Assembly: GCA_910586515.1 (NCBI GenBank)
Contig: CAJUGL010000006.1
Coordinates: 23,758 to 87,757 of the forward strand
Direction: 5' to 3'
Source: an uncultured Acetatifactor sp.
Lineage (GTDB): Bacteria > Bacillota > Clostridia > Lachnospirales > Lachnospiraceae
DNA: 64,000 nucleotides
Numbering within the stretch: position 1 is the first letter of the stretch; the number at the start of each line of letters is the position of its first letter. The notes below the pieces were generated by a model that was given only the letters and a program-made list of their open reading frames with translations, had not been told where the DNA came from and made no database searches. The translations under genes and the position numbers were made by a program. This document shows positions 63,491 through 64,000 of this stretch, piece by piece.

Positions 63491-64000
63491 TTATTCGAAC
63501 AGACTGTCTACCAGATGATCAACCATAAAATCAAAGGTTTCCATGTGATTGCGCGGAAGAATATCCTTATTTTTGATATTCATTATTAAAGAGTAGATTA
63601 CGGACATGGCCAATTCGGCATCCACCTTAAATTTCAGATAAGTCCGGCCCGCAAAAAGCTGTCGGCTCCTTTGATTGGACTGCCTGATTTCTTCCGCCTG
63701 TTTCTCCGATAATTTATTCATCAAAATGATGTAGTCCGTACTGTCCGACTGGTACAGAAAATTGTTTTTATCATATTCCCGATAAATGTACTTGATCGCT
63801 TCTGCCGCGCCATGCCTGTCTTTGTGCTGTTCCATTATCTCAGATGCCGCATGGCAGATCTGTTCCTGCACGGAACATAATATCTGGCAGAAAAGCGCTT
63901 CCTTTGATTCATAGAAAAGGTAAAAGGCCCCCTTTGAGATGCCAACCTGCCTGCACAGTTCATCCACGCTGGTTTTCTTATAGCCGTACCGCGTCCAGCT
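63491..64000 (-). CDS. TetR/AcrR-family transcriptional regulator, N-terminus runs off the window end
   Basis: The frame stays open to the window edge: ...YGYKKTSVDELCRQVGISKGAFYLFYESKEALF is the TetR HTH. Confidence 0.8.
   Translation of the reverse strand, partial: SWTRYGYKKTSVDELCRQVGISKGAFYLFYESKEALFCQILCSVQEQICHAASEIMEQHKDRHGAAEAIKYIYREYDKNNFLYQSDSTDYIILMNKLSEKQAEEIRQSNQRSRQLFAGRTYLKFKVDAELAMSVIYSLIMNIKNKDILPRNHMETFDFMVDHLVDSLFE

Noticed and set aside
1-64000. Search for tRNA, rRNA, integrase/recombinase, intact transposase, phage structural genes and cas genes
   Set aside because: I recognised none by eye on either strand. The only mobile-element signatures are the MITE-like repeats, the RT relic and the repeat-bracketed insertions.

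Overview
This 64-kb chromosomal window looks like a gut Clostridia (Lachnospiraceae-like) Firmicute. That is an inference from gene content only (T-box leader, MecA, dockerin/cohesin modules, polyamine and host-glycan genes). Most genes sample at about 50-55% G+C by hand count, and almost every gene is on the minus strand.

Left to right:
- trmB (partial), a D-Ala-D-Ala carboxypeptidase, an exonuclease, an esterase, proS behind a proline-type T-box leader, a DUF1576-like membrane protein and mecA.
- A two-gene surface operon: a 1879-aa dockerin-bearing M60-like zinc metallopeptidase plus a cohesin-like membrane anchor.
- Polyamine genes (aguB, aguA, then carboxynorspermidine dehydrogenase, speE, speA, speD), split by an ABC transporter and a GH29 fucosidase.
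- A mosaic accessory region (about 28.1-42.2 kb). It holds a MITE-like element in the speD leader, ABC-gene debris, and a PF09820/PDDEXK-type ATPase gene bracketed by 29-bp direct repeats. It also holds a visibly AT-rich island with three ABC exporters, a cytoplasmic subtilase joined through a frameshift to a P-loop domain, a transglutaminase-like protein, an unknown 374-aa protein and a relic of a group II intron reverse transcriptase.
- An HTH-TPR regulator convergent with a small secreted-peptide gene, then folA and a type I toxin-antitoxin-like module bracketed by 40-bp direct repeats.
- Glycan and sugar genes (GH3 fragment, GH38-like, GH29, oxidoreductase, GntR, mannose-6-P-isomerase-like) mixed with truncated genes.
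- A 19-bp tandem array, a truncated ABC-class ATPase behind a candidate leader-peptide attenuator, a metallophosphoesterase, a DUF4180 protein and a partial TetR gene.

I recognised no rRNA, tRNA, CRISPR array, integrase or intact transposase. All family assignments come from motif recognition by eye and memory; no database search was run.
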